This document shows positions 11,188-24,226 of a stretch of DNA of 58,914 nt, one piece after another. The DNA is from Chara braunii (lineage: Eukaryota > Plantae > Charophyceae). Each line of letters starts with the position of its first letter. The stretch's first letter is position 1. Position numbers and translations under genes: made by a program. The stretch covers positions 1,248,114 to 1,307,027 of the forward strand of contig BFEA01000011.1 in assembly GCA_003427395.1 (NCBI GenBank), in the 5' to 3' direction. The notes beneath the pieces are model-generated. The model was not told where the DNA came from and did no database searches. It saw only the letters and a program-made list of their open reading frames with translations.

Positions 11188-13270
11188 TCATTGCACAAAC
11201 CTGGCTGCTGCGACCCACACTGCATCAAAATGAGGATGTGTCTCTTTCCCCTTCTTCAGATATATCCGCATATCCCTGACTGCACCCCCTGCGGATTTTG
11301 TGAGAGCGATGAAGATTGACAGGTCTTCACGCCTGAAGCCATCAATCTGGACATACTTGTAGGGAAAACTCTCTTTGAAAGCGATCAGATTGAGGTTGTC
11401 AAGGACCGACTGGTCAACTGTGATGGGGTTGATCTCTCTCATATGTTTGGATAAATAGTTACTCCCTGATAGAGGAAAAGGAGACTGTGCTTGATTGATG
11501 GCGTCCGTTGGCGGGCCGAGTCAAACGTTGTCCATTGAATAGATGTCAGATTCTAATGGACTAGCAAGCCTCTGAACGCTTGTTTGAGTGCTGCTTTAAT
11601 GTTCTGGTTGCCATTCTGAGTGCTGCTTCTGAATGCTGATCTGAATACCTTTTCTGATTGCTGACCTGAATGTCGATCTGAATACCTTTTTCTGATTGTT
11701 GACCTGAATGTCGATCTGAATTATGATCTGAATACCTTTTTCTGATTGCTGACCTGAATGCTGATTGTTTGCTGATTTGAATGCTGATTGTTTGTTGATT
11801 GACCGTTGGTTGATTGCTGATTGACTGTTGGTTGATTGTTGATTGACTGTTGGTTGATTGCTGATTGGCTGTTGGTTGATTGCTGATTGACTGTTGGTTG
11901 ATTGCTGATTAAGGACATCCTCTCTCGTCTAGTCCCTGATCCTTTAATAGTGAGGTTCCGAGAAAAATCCTCGGGTTACTGGGTTTTCACGATCTGAGAT
12001 GTTGATGCCAGAATCCAAGTTGCAGGGTTCTGGCTGGTCTGGAAAGACTCTTTCAATGATGGTCAATGTTAACTGGCCCGGCTGGATTCTAGCGGTACTT
12101 TTTGTGTTTAGATGAGATATGGATCACTGATTATACAGGGTGATGTCTCTCACATCCGGTCCTTCTGAACGATGCAACTCGATTAATCCCATTGCCTTCT
12201 CACTCTCGTTTATTTTCACTTTAATTGCATTACACACAACAACTAACAAGGAGTTCTCTTTTCATTCTCACTATTTGCTGTTGGCGACTTCTCTTGCTTG
12301 GCCCACGGACTCTACAAAGGACAAGGTGCTATGCAATCGCCCAATGGATCCATAGAAGTAGAAAGTGTAGTCAATGGACTCTTGTCTTTCCACTAACTCT
12401 AACGCACCTTCTCTCATTAGTTTCCGGACTTGTTGAGTGTCTTTGATTGCCTTCTCCTCCCACCCGTCTCTCTTGTCCCAATGGAGGGCAGAGGTCATTC
12501 TCAGAGTTGCTTTTTCCTCCCCCATAATTCCTCCAAAACCTCTGGTATGAGACTGATACGCGCGAGGGGATATGGCCAGCTCCCAAATCAAACTACTGCA
12601 CTAGCAACAAGTTTTAGATGACTTACAGGCACACCCCTTTTTTCCTCGTCTTTCACAATGCATGGGTGCTCAGAGCACCTTTGGCTGGGCACGTTCCCGC
12701 TTTCTGCTATATCCTCACACTAGGACCAGCCAAAGTGAATGGGTTTGCAATGGAAGCCTGACTGCACATACCCGTTCTGAGTATTTCACCATTGATGCTT
12801 GAACAGATAGCCCGTGCCAAGCCAGCTGGATCCGCGTGCAAGTTTCCTTCCCGAGGTGTCAGACAACAAGCAGTGGAGCGCAGGGTCTGTTTAAACGGGG
12901 AGGGGACCCAACCACTTTTGTTCGTTCATGGCCCTAATTGGTTTAGATTTTCATACACGACAAATATTACCTCTCAAAGGTCGATGACACTTATCTGGGT
13001 AGTTCTCGTCGGAACTCTTACCCGGACGGGGTTCCAAACCCTCATGCATCAATCCCACCAGCGTGTTTGAGCAGCTCTACCCTATCCGCCCAGCACATGC
13101 ACACTTCGAAAGTGAGTACTCGGATTGTGGCTTTTCGTTTGAGAACTACGGGGTGATACCCGAGGCGAACTTTCACTGTGTTGACTAAGATCAATTGAGT
13201 CCCTCAGATATACCCCGTGGAAATTGGCAAACACTTTTACAATGTCTATAACTCTGCTGAGTCCCAATTA
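11188..13270 (-). pseudogene. Decayed minus-strand coding remnant of unknown identity (probably retroelement-borne)
   Basis: Protein-like ORF pieces on the same strand (11188-11442, 12271-12591, 13082-13267) interrupted by stops and an N/Q/S-rich repeat; no diagnostic motif recognised. Confidence 0.3.
11615..11910. repeat. Degenerate short tandem repeats (GATCTGAATACCTTTTTCTGATTGCTGACCTGAATG x3; TTGATTGCTGATTGACTGTTGG xn)
   Basis: Directly visible tandem units. Confidence 0.85.
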
Positions 13271-14966
13271 CGACCCGAAAACCATTTTTCCGTCTGATCA
13301 TGACTCTAAGCACTGATCACAGTAGTCCTAGCTCAAGTGCAGCACTACGACATTACTCTGGGCAGATTCCATTCAGGCATAACACTCAAACTCAGAAGTA
13401 ATTTTACCATTCCACAAAATAGATCAGGTCATGTTACAAGGATCATTAAAAATAACAAGAAAACGGGCAATGAGTAACACCTAATCACCATCCATTAGAA
13501 ACTTGGCCAACAGATAAGCAACTCTCCTCTCTACGCGTCGTTTCCTGCTCATTAAACGGATAATCAAAACAGAGATAACAATCCGCTCATTCACCACGTG
13601 GCCCCCGATTTTTAACTAGTCATCTCTTTGTCACCGCCAGTCTTTGCACCCCCATTCTTTAACTGAAGGTCATCTGGTGAGAGCTTAGTTAGTATTTTCC
13701 CCTTCAAGAAGTACTAGTAAGCTCGCCTGCTCTGACCTAGTCAGCTAGATCACGAAAAAATGCATGAGTACTAGGTACAGTAACACACAGGTGGGGCACT
13801 AAGTAGGCGAGCAAAGTAGGATAACAACATTATCGAAAATATCAGATTAGTGGCTGACATCCTTAAGAACGTTTTGCGTACCCATCGATCCATTCATGTA
13901 TCCCTGCCAGCTGCAGAGCATCTCCACCTTCCAAAGGAAACCATGCTCTGTCTGGTTTACTACGTCGAAACATTAGAACACTGAAGAGATGGGGATTTAC
14001 CTTACTAATGTTGATACGTATAACTGATCCTCCGTGATGGATACCACTAAGTTCACACTCAACGCGTTATCCCGTGTCTGCTGGACTGCCTACTCAAGGC
14101 AGACCACCAATAAACCTGCATCCACGTTCGCACCATCATACATGGCTGAACTCAATGGTACGGAAGATAAACGCGCTGTTAGAAAATAAGCGCAATCGTA
14201 ATAAGCCAACGTTCTAGTTTGCGATATCAGTTCGGATTGGTGCAACTCTCACTCTGCCTGCAGTGACCTTACTAATCCTTTTTTGGTTCAACTCCTCTGC
14301 AAGGGCGTAAAAGACTAAAATAAAACTCACGATCCAGAAAAGCCAAGGTGCCCAGCATGATTGGCGCCATATGCACTCACACACAACAATTGGAGGACGA
14401 AATCTGACTTCCTCTCAAAATATATGCTGGCAGTATCCTACTGGCCAGTTCTCCACCGCCGTCATATGTGGGTCGAGTTAGCGTGCGCAGGGAGGACAGG
14501 TTGAGCTCTTGAATCAGGTGACATCAACCCACGCATGCATGCTCAGTCAAGTTAACGTCAGTTATGCAAGTGTTCTCTCCTCTCTTTCTTGATCGTGACC
14601 CCTTAACACCTCTAGTCACGTTGTCATAAATTCCCTTGCCTGCGCTAGAACCAACTCGACTTTTCACAGGTCACAAACCGGCCAGTTGGTGACTGCAGTT
14701 CACACACAAGCGGGAGGTGGCTGGTTTGTGTCCAAGACGATGGAGGGGTCGTGGCTGGCGCACATCAAGCAGATCAAAATGGCGACTCCCTCTATGCACT
14801 GCAGATTACTCTCTCTCTTGATGGCCGCTGTTCTCCCATTCTGGCAGGATTTTCCCTCTTGTCCGTTCGTCACTGCAGTAGGCGCAAGAAACGTCACGCG
14901 AGTGTGGGGACAGCGGATGATGTCAACCACATGATAGTTCTTTTCTCTCGCGTCCACTCACACTTC

Positions 14967-15771
14967 TCATGCGCGCCCACTTTCGTGAGTTAACTCGCAG
15001 GTTTTCAGTCTCGTCACGCTGGTCTCTTCGCCGCCTCGAGTTAACTTCCTGATATCCCTCGACAGGTTCCGCTGGCTTGAACGTGAGGGGCGAACACTGA
15101 GGCAATGGTTGATATCAATAGCACCGCACAGGTTCGTGTACCCTTCTCTGCCACTCGCCTGCACGTGTTGACCTCTGAGCCCCTTCTCCCTCACTCCCTT
15201 CCGAACGTCCACCTGTCGCCCGCGTATATCCGCTCTCTCAGGTTCAGTCCCGCCTATTACTCGCCTCCGAGCTCGATGGTCTAGCCTCTGTCGGCCTTGC
15301 TCCGCCCTGGGCCGAACTGGCCTCGGGTCCGTCCTCTACCGACTCAGCTGGCGGGTGCTCTCTCCTCCACTGCTCCAACCCGTGCCAGGACTGGGTCAGG
15401 TCCTCGCTAGCTTCGGACTCCGCCTCTGAGTCCCGGTCCAGTTCTTGTTGCTCCCTCTCTGTCGTACTCGTGGAGGTCTCCTCCTCATGGTAAGTAACGG
15501 TAACTCACAACACTGCGGTCACCCCATCTCGTCGGCATCTTCGTTCCGCCATGCTATGAGCCTCAGTGACCACACCTTGTATTTTTGCATCTTCCCTCAT
15601 CTCTTGCTCCTTTCCCCCGTAGACATTGATTCTCAGTCTAGCCTGCCCTTCACTCTTGCTATAACTCAGACAGACATCCACTGTAGCTCCCTCTTCACGC
15701 ATAGGCGCCCAGCTCCAGTAAAACTTCAACTGCCTTGGCCTATAGCCAAAAAGGCCATTGCTACGTGACAT
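14967..15771 (-). pseudogene. Orphan ORF of family C (interrupted), homolog of 51500-52308
   Basis: GYRP..W.P..EG..V.L.Y...INV.G..E.EMR..K.Q..EA..ERRCRRDGVTA.L; reading through the TGA at 15505-15507 gives VTVTYHE...DRDSEAESE, matching ITVAYHE...DRDSGGESE in copy 2. Confidence 0.75.
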
Positions 15772-15914
15772 AGTCGCTAACCAGAAAACTCAGCTCGGCA
15801 CTCAACGCACGTGTAAGCAGACCCACTCACTTTTCCCAGGCCGACAACGTCAGCACATAAGAATGGCCTGCTCCCTGCTACCCGCTCACAGCCAAAAACT
15901 CATCTGTCCCACCC

Positions 15915-15920
15915 TTTATA
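15915..15920 (-). promoter_or_regulatory. Putative TATA box upstream of the family C ORF
   Basis: ACCTATAAA on the minus strand ~145 bp upstream of the ORF start; ACCTATAAA recurs ~155 bp upstream of the homolog (52464-52469). Confidence 0.5.
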
Positions 15921-16603
15921 GGTTTGCCTCTCACTATGATCCCCGCGTAAACAAGAATTCAAATTGATATCCCCCGAATTCTTCACACTAATAATTTTAA
16001 CGCTCCCAAATTTAATAAAACAAAATAGAACTAAATAACTAAAAAACAACGAACGAACGAAACTCAACGGTCGAAACACAGCAGAGCCTACTACGCAACT
16101 ATCAACCACTAACCCTCGTGATGTAACTACAGTCCGAAAACAGCGTCCCATAACGGGATACGAGCGGACATTTTCCGCCTTTCAAAAATAGGGCGTTGGA
16201 CTACTCCAAATGGGTACCCGTGTCCGATGGCAAGGAGGGGGCTTATGAGCTTCCACGGAGGGTGATAAACCTCCTACCAATGCGGCCGCGGGTCGCCCCC
16301 TCTTTTGGGGCCTCACTGCGCGGCACTCAATCGACGCTTATTCACAGACGATATACGTGGGGTCGGTCAACTTAGGCCGTGGACCACTAAGCTCAGAATT
16401 CGAACCATTGGCCTTCCCGCGAAATAACAAGCCAACAGGGGAAAATTTGAAATAGGAAAATTAAGTAATAATATCAATGATAATAATAATAATAAGAAAA
16501 ACAACGAAAACGTAACGACAGTGGGACTAGAGACCGTCAGTTTTTCCCGAATTAAGGCTAGCAATTCAGCCGCGTTGATTAGATCTCTGACTTTTTCATT
16601 TTC

Positions 16604-16672
<69 letters not shown>

Positions 16673-17619
16673 TTCATTTTTCTTGCTTGTTTTTCTTTGC
16701 TTAGCCTCCTCTTTTCTCTGACAGCGACTACCGCTCCAAGCACCAAACCCATAACCTGGCCAAGGGGCACTCGACGCGCAGTAGAAAAGGCAGCGTCTGT
16801 CCCTCTACCTTCGCGTCCCAGGGCGAACCCGGTGGCTACCACGGCCACAGGCCGGTAGTGCTCTGCTGTACAGCAGGGCGCCGAGCTTGCGTGGACCAAT
16901 GGAAAGCCCTGTGGCGCACCTTTTTGCCAAGGCAGGCACCAACAGGGCCGGTCCACGTCAAGGGTACAACCCGGGTACTACGGATCATAGTTAGAGAACA
17001 CACCTACAGACCGCGGACACCAAGCAGGGACTTGGTACNNNNNNNNNNNNNNNNNNNNNNNNNNNNNNNNNNNNNNNNNNNNNNNNNNNNNNNNNNNNNN
17101 NNNNNNNNNNNNNNNNNNNNNNNNNNNNNNNNNNNNNNNNNNNNNNNNNNNNNNNNNNNNNNNNNNNNNNNNNNNNNNNNNNNNNNNNNNNNNNNNNNNN
17201 NNNNNNNNNNNNNNNNNNNNNNNNNNNNNNNNNNNNNNNNNNCCCTTGCTCCCGCCCGCACCCCCGCGCCCTCCCTCGCCCCTGCCATTTAACCCCCACG
17301 ACGACCCCCACCCCCGTCCGCACCCCCTCGCTGTCGAGCGCATGACCCCCGCTGTGAGAGGGGACCTTCCTGACCATGTCACGCAGGATTCAGCAAGACT
17401 TTTAGTCATAGAGCGTTGCCGCTCCGGCCAAGTGTGCCAGCCATACCTCTCGCGAACCCCTGTGACAGGATAGGATCACGCGAGGTACAACTACCTCCAA
17501 CTGCGGGAGTTGTCACCATCCCTTAGGTGGGCGTATCGCCGCCAAGCTATCAGTCCACAGTATCAAAGTTTTTACATGCAATCGCAGATGTGGAAAAAAC
17601 CGATGGCGTTGTCGGGACC

Positions 17620-18895
17620 TGTCAATCCCGAATAACGTCCCAACACTTTAGAGTCGATATATATAGCCAAGTTGTGCACGACAGAGAAATCCAGAGAAAG
17701 GAGACAAGAGAGAGAAAAAAGACAAAGGACTAAGACGGGACCGCCGGGAGGAATGATGCCCTGGGCTGAGTACCGCAGGGTGAAGGGTCCGACAATGGCA
17801 AGCCCGTGAGTGACAGGACGTGGGTGCATAAGGGCATAGCATGGGGCGAGGAGGGCCGTTCGAATTCAGCATGGCAAGGACCCGAGAAGCCATGAACTGA
17901 GCAAGCAAGGCGTGGCGGATGACAAGAGAATAATGAAGCCGAAAGGTGGACAACCCTGGTGGCCGCGGGTCACTAGAAAGTAAGGGCCCAACGTGGGCGC
18001 CACCTACGGCAATTGACGAAAACCACGGGTTGGAGGTCTCGCGGTCGGAGAGACCGGCGCGCTCAAGGTTAAAAAAAAGACGGAGAAATGGGGCTACCGT
18101 AGGGCGGTAGACACCAAAAGAAACCGGGATACCACGATGAAAAGTATCAGGAACCACATGAGGTTAAATAAAAATAATGGTATCCGGGACAAAATATCGA
18201 TGGGACCACCGATGGGACAAGTACCTGCAGGACCGTCAGTGGGACAAGTACCTGCGGGACCACCAGACGGGACGAGTGCCGAGAACTAATGCGGGACAAG
18301 AGGCGGGGACATGAGAAGGTCTAAAGAAAGATTGTGGAGCAACATGAGGGAGAAATAATTAAAGCAAGGTGTATCGTCAAGATCAAGATCTTGACGGCCA
18401 AGAATATTATCACCACTAGTGCAAGCACTAGTGGAAGCAAACGGGAAGACCAAAAGGGAAGAAAAAGTAAAGAAATAAGAAGGAGGCGGCATGGGAGCAA
18501 TCCGAACATCTCGGATTGAACCCCCCTTAAGAAAATGGATTTAAAAGAGACTCTATGTGAAAAATAGGCTCCCGGGAGAAAATCAGAGTATGAGGGTCTA
18601 CTGTGTGAGAGAAATAGAAATAAACTGAGGCTCCCATGGGTATGAGGGAACCACAGTTGCAGTATGAGATATAACAGACTGCACCATGGGCATAGGGAGG
18701 ACCAAAACTAAGAGGAAGGGCCTAGAAAAGGCCTTAACGACAACTTGACACTTGAAATGTTAGGAAAAAAAAAAAAAAAAAAACCTGAGAGAATAAGATA
18801 AAAGGAGTGAAATGGAGTGAGTGAGTTGGTCGTCAGTAGGGACTGCCACAAGTAGGGACTGGCAGGTCCGTACCGTCCAAAAAGGGAGGGAACAG

Positions 18896-18930
<35 letters not shown>

Positions 18931-21440
18931 TAACGGTTAAAAACGTCTATTTGCGAAGATACATTCGTGACCATATATATTCTAGAATATGGCGGTCGCA
19001 AAATACCTTGATTTTCTCTTGATTTGTAGAGAAAATCAAGAAAAATCAGGGCCTCATGTAACCGAGATACAACGGATTGCATAGGGGAAGAGAAACACAT
19101 GCTTTGGGTGCATCCGGAACCAATATTGAGCCCGGATACACTTGAAAGTTGACCGTTTTTTTTTCCTTTAATTTGGGCTACTTGTGGGGCAATGGGACCA
19201 GAAAATTGACCCCTATTGTAGTCCGAGTTACAAGGGACTGCATGGGGAAGGAAAAACACATGTTTTAGGTGCATCCGGAGCAAATATTGAATCCGGATGC
19301 ACTTGAAAATTGAGCGCTTCATTTTCTTTCAATTTGGGGCAAGTTGTGGGGTTGTGGGATTAGGGACATGACCACAGTTGCAGTCCGAGAAATAACGGAC
19401 TGCATAAGGATGACTAGGCAAAGAGAAAATGAGCCACAAGTCAAAAAAGGTTAGAAGAGAGTGATTTTGACATGAGGTATACAGAGACGGTAAACGACAA
19501 CCGGGGGATGATCATCTCACGACCGAGAATAATCGCCGTGCATTAGGCGCTTGAGGAGGGGATATTGAAACTGACAGGGACAAGGAGGTTCAAAATAAAA
19601 ATGGGACTTCGTCCGGGACAATGCCTGAGACTAAATGGGCCCAAATAAAAATAATTAAAAAATGGGACGTGAGCCAGTAGGGCTACCGACGGGACAAAGA
19701 AATGGAACTATTACGGGGAGAGCGGTGGGGACATGAGATGTCCCAAGGGAACCATGAGCCAACGTAAGGAACGGTCACGCAAAGCAAATGGCACCGTCAA
19801 GATCAAGATCTAGACGGTGGAAAATATTAGCACCACAAGTGTAAGCACTAGTGTGATCAAGTGGGAGAGCCGTAAGAGAAAAGAAAGCAAAATAATGGTG
19901 ATGGGAGGCTTGCTCAGCAGTCCGAGATATCTCGGACTAGCTAGGCATGAAAAAATAGAGTTCCAAGGGGCCCAACACAGAAAAAAGGTTGTCAAAAGAA
20001 AATCGGAGCAAAGAGGGGCTCGAAATTCAAACTAGCGGTGACAAAATGAAGCCCCCTTGAGTGTGCGGGCTTCATTATTGTAATCCGAGATATAACGGTA
20101 AACTACTGAGTTTGAATCTAGCCATAGATGAAGATCCATGGTCTAGAAAAAGACTCAACAGTCATTTGACACTTGTCACATCAAAAATAAAAAAAATAAA
20201 AAAATAAATAAAAAAAATGGAGGGATGATGAGACAAAAGGGGAGAAAAAGGTGGAGGATAATATGCCAGCCAGTTGGGACTTGCACAGTAGGGACTCGCA
20301 GGTCCCTACTGTGACCTCATCCCTCCAAAATTTGAGGAGGGTAATCCGGATTGCAGAGATATGGCCCTTAGGGCATTATCTCAGCAATATCTGAACTAAG
20401 AAGGTAAAATTGAGAGAAAAAGCAAAAGGGAAATTACCGGTTTTCTTTTGGGTTAGATTCAGATCCATAGAGGCGGGAATATGGTCATTTTTTATGAGGA
20501 CAACTCAAACGGCCAACTCCAGAATGAGTTGGCAGCCCAAAATAGAAAGAAATGAAAGAAATAAAAAAACAAAACTGTGCATTTGATCCAAAAAGAGAGC
20601 CAGATGCACCAAAAACTGAAAAAGTGAGCTTAGAGGCTTAAATTTGAAGCAAGGACTACTTGGGGGTGACACGGATTATTGCTGGGCTTGGATCTCAAGG
20701 CTGAAAAGGCACCGAGGCATGCGAAAATACCTCGGCCTACAAAAAATGGGGTAAAAACTGAAAAAATCGAGAAAAAGACCTACTAGGCATTTTTCTCTCA
20801 AGTGGGGCTGCCCCTTGGGCATTTGGACTCAAGGGTGCAGCATTTGAAAAAAAAAGGAGGCTGAAGGAGGCCAAAAGGCAATCCGATTTCGTACCAACCA
20901 CTCGGACTGCATGTACTTGGCCAAAATGAGGCCCAGGTACCCCCGGAGGGGCCTAGTGGTGGGTTCTTGCCTTGGGGGTACCTCGGTTCACTTAGAGGCA
21001 AATAGGGAGGCTCATGGACAGACCACCATTCCGGTTCTAACCTACATAAGTTGAGGGAGCAACCCGCCACACACACAATTGCACGAGGTGTGCCCATGCT
21101 GCTAAGTGAGCACATAAAAGCACTTCTCTCACTTGGAGTGAGGAGAGCGGAACCCCTGTCAGCTTGGAAACTTAGAGGAGACTGTGAATTAGTGTGAGGA
21201 GCTCTAGAGGCTGATGGTAGTGAGGCTAGTCTAGGGAGGGGGTCCGCCATAGCCCCCAGGCTGTGAGGAAGAAGGAAAGGCTAGAGGGAGTCCCATTAGC
21301 CCTCCTAGAGAGCAGGACTCCATAGCCATAGTGATATGAGTTTGTCGCCATCAGGAAGAGACAGAGGAGGAGGGATGAGAAGGGTTTGAGGAAGAATGGA
21401 TCCATAGTCAAGTGAAGGAGAGGCATCATCAAGATTGGTA
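17620..21440 (+). mobile_element. Repeat family A, copy 2; probable 5' LTR (or part of it) of the element carrying the ORF array and gag downstream
   Basis: Begins TGTCAATCCCGAATAAC at the point where homology to copy 1 starts; same strand as the downstream gag; the LTR 3' end and PBS were not identified. Confidence 0.65.
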
Positions 21441-24226
21441 CTTCAACTCCAAGATACTAGAGGAGGGAACGAACGGTGAAAAAAAGTTGTCCTCACTGGG
21501 AGGAGAAAGTGGGAAAGGGAAGGGTTGTCGGTCCCTTGTGTTTCCAGGAAGGAAAGGAAAAGGGGGCATTTAAGAAATTGGAAGGTGGCAAGTCCGGAAA
21601 GGGACCAGAGAAAGTTGATACTTAAAGGAAGATCAGTTGACTCAACCATTACCTCGATTGCATGATTAAGGGAAGAGATTGACCTAGACTAAGGAAGGAA
21701 AAGGAAAACACAAAGAGATAAGGAAAAGTGAACTTAGGTTTATGGGAGCGATTATGTGTTGATCCCATGTGGGGGATGCTTTGTATAAATTGTGTTGAAT
21801 GTGAACGTGAGTAGTCTAAAGTGTCATTGAGCGGGATTGGGTCCCGGGTATGCCAGGCGGCAAAGAGAGAGTGGGGCTAAGGTCTAACGGGTTGTGGTCT
21901 TAACCCTTGCCCTTGAATAAGTCCTTGAGCATGTTGGTGCAAGCAAAGTCGATTATAGCAAACTGCAAAGACATGGGGCGACCGAGAAGTCCACGCAGAC
22001 TAAAATGAAAAAATTGGGTGTGTATGCGGGATGGGACCCCGAAAAGACTAAGGGGTGTATAAGACATTTACAAAAGACAAAAGAAAGACGTGTATGATGT
22101 ATGCAGCAACGAAAGTCAGACGCAAGTTGGCCAAAGGAGGAAGTCGGTAAAGCACTAGGGAGGCGTAAGGGGACTGCGAGACATGGTCCGCGGGCCCGAG
22201 CCGAACGGCAGCCGTCGCCTCCACAAGGCCTTACAAACTCTTCGCTTAGTGAACGGATGCGTGGCCCAAGGATGACGCTTGGCCTACGCATAAAAGAAAA
22301 GAAGCTCTCAATAAACTCCCTAGACTGCTTGAGTATTGGAAGAAGCACTTGCCTGAGAACACAACCAAGAATAAAAAAATTTGCGTTTGCAGAATTAATA
22401 AGTGAGAATGCCACCCGGCGCGAGGGTTGAGCTACATCCCCAATGTCAAAGCTCTCTCACTCGATAGCCCACCCCCATCCATCTCATAGCACTAGGTGGG
22501 GGTGGCCTTGGGATGAATGACCCTCGCCCTTAGCGTGAGCGTGGGGGGGCCGAGCCAACTGGGACCCGTGTCCGGGTCGACACAGGCTCGAAAGTCTAAC
22601 GGGGTTAGGCCCTGCAAAAATGGTGGAGGTGTCGGATATAGGGTTAAGCCGATCCTTGCGATTCCGATGGGGACGCCCGACACATGAACGTTTTCACAAC
22701 CAAAGAGAAAGAAATTGGACTTGAGCATGCTCTTCCTTTTGAGAGAATCAGATTTGAGAGTGACTGGGCGGATGGCATGACCAGGCCTGGAGGTGTAATA
22801 TGCGTGATGCACACTTGATCGGCTCACTCCTTGTGGAGTGGCACTTACCCCCCTTCCTCCGATACCGGTGCTCACTGGTACAGAGAAGCTTTGGGCAAGT
22901 CGCAGGTCGACTCTTCCTCTTCGTATGAAAGAAGGGCTCCGGTTACCTAGCAGGCGGTTGGTGCGTCGGCTTCAGCCGGGGTCCAATGAAAATCCCACGA
23001 CGGAGTGATCCGACCGACTGGGTGCCCTTCCCCATTCTTCTTCTGAGCTCAGTGGGTTCATGCACTATGCACTCGAAATGCTTGAAGGAACCAATATGAA
23101 CACAACGGTAATCAACAAAAGCACAACCCTGCCCTATGAAACGACAGACGAAAGAAGAGAATGAGAATGAAGCGAGTTGCTAGACTCCAAAGAAAACTAG
23201 CTCAGCTTTGAAGATACTCACGAAAAGGAATCGGTCACTTTGTATGGACAATAGAGGGAGTGACACATACGGTCCCGAGAGATAAGGCGAGGTATGGGTA
23301 GGATGCACTGGATACACTTTTGGGAAAGACACTTGTACTATGTGTGTCCCACTAGGGACTTGTGATCTACATGAGGGGAAACTGAATGTCCTGCCTTTCG
23401 GAAGGAAAGGATGGGTCTGAACCAGCTAGGCGGGTTGCGAAAAGTTATTTCTAGTGTAGTGCCGCTGGGTCTCATGTGTGGAAGGTTGGGCCACCGGGCT
23501 ATCAGACAGGGATTGGTCTCACCGGTTAATTAGCAACACTTCATCCCAGGTGGACCGAGCATGGCTCGGCATCTTACCCAGGCAGGATGTGAAACGTCTC
23601 CTCAGGCGGGGTGGCTTCTTGTAGGCGGACGGAGGAGGACCGCTACATGTGGGGCAAGGAGGAAGCCTCGGAAACAATTAGTAGCCTCTCGTAGCACGGC
23701 GGGGGAAAGGCTGATTCTTATCGGACCGATGCAAGTGAATGTCCGAACGACTGACTTTTGCTCCTAACGGAGTGCGCGGGATGATTCCCGGTGCCAACGG
23801 GGGTATGCAAGAGCGGCAAAACAGGATGGGGTATTTTGAGCAAATAGAGAGGGGTAACACCCTACGTCGGAGCCTGGGTACCGCGCTCGCAACGGTTGAG
23901 CTATGCTTGAGGTATGGGATAAAACTCTACCGAAAGTACCAACGGAGAGACCTCATGGGGGAAGGTCGGTGAAGAGATGACCGGTCTGTATGTGAGATTG
24001 CTTGGACTTTTTTTTGTATTTCCCCCTCTGTAAAGTTGATTGAGATATAAGCTGCTAGGAAGGGTCACGACTCTAGTCTATTCTCGGCCCATCCCTAAAT
24101 CCGCACGAGTGAGTGAAGACCTCGAGAGGAAGAGATAGAGTCTCATATGGGATATAGGTTGAACGCACCCGGAAACTGGGGTCGGTGCTTGGTTGTGAAA
24201 AACAGAGAACGGTTGCTGGAACCAAG

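Larger units (their letters stand above)
14967..17580. mobile_element. Repeat family C, copy 1 (contains N-gap 17039-17241 and a 64-nt poly-T at 16605-16668)
   Basis: Same-orientation similarity to ~51500-53955, e.g. TGGGTACCC(G/A)TGTCCGATGG(C/T)AAGGAGGGGG, GCGTGGACCAATGGAAAGCCCTGTGGCGCACCTTTT, CGCGAGGTACAAC. Confidence 0.8.
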
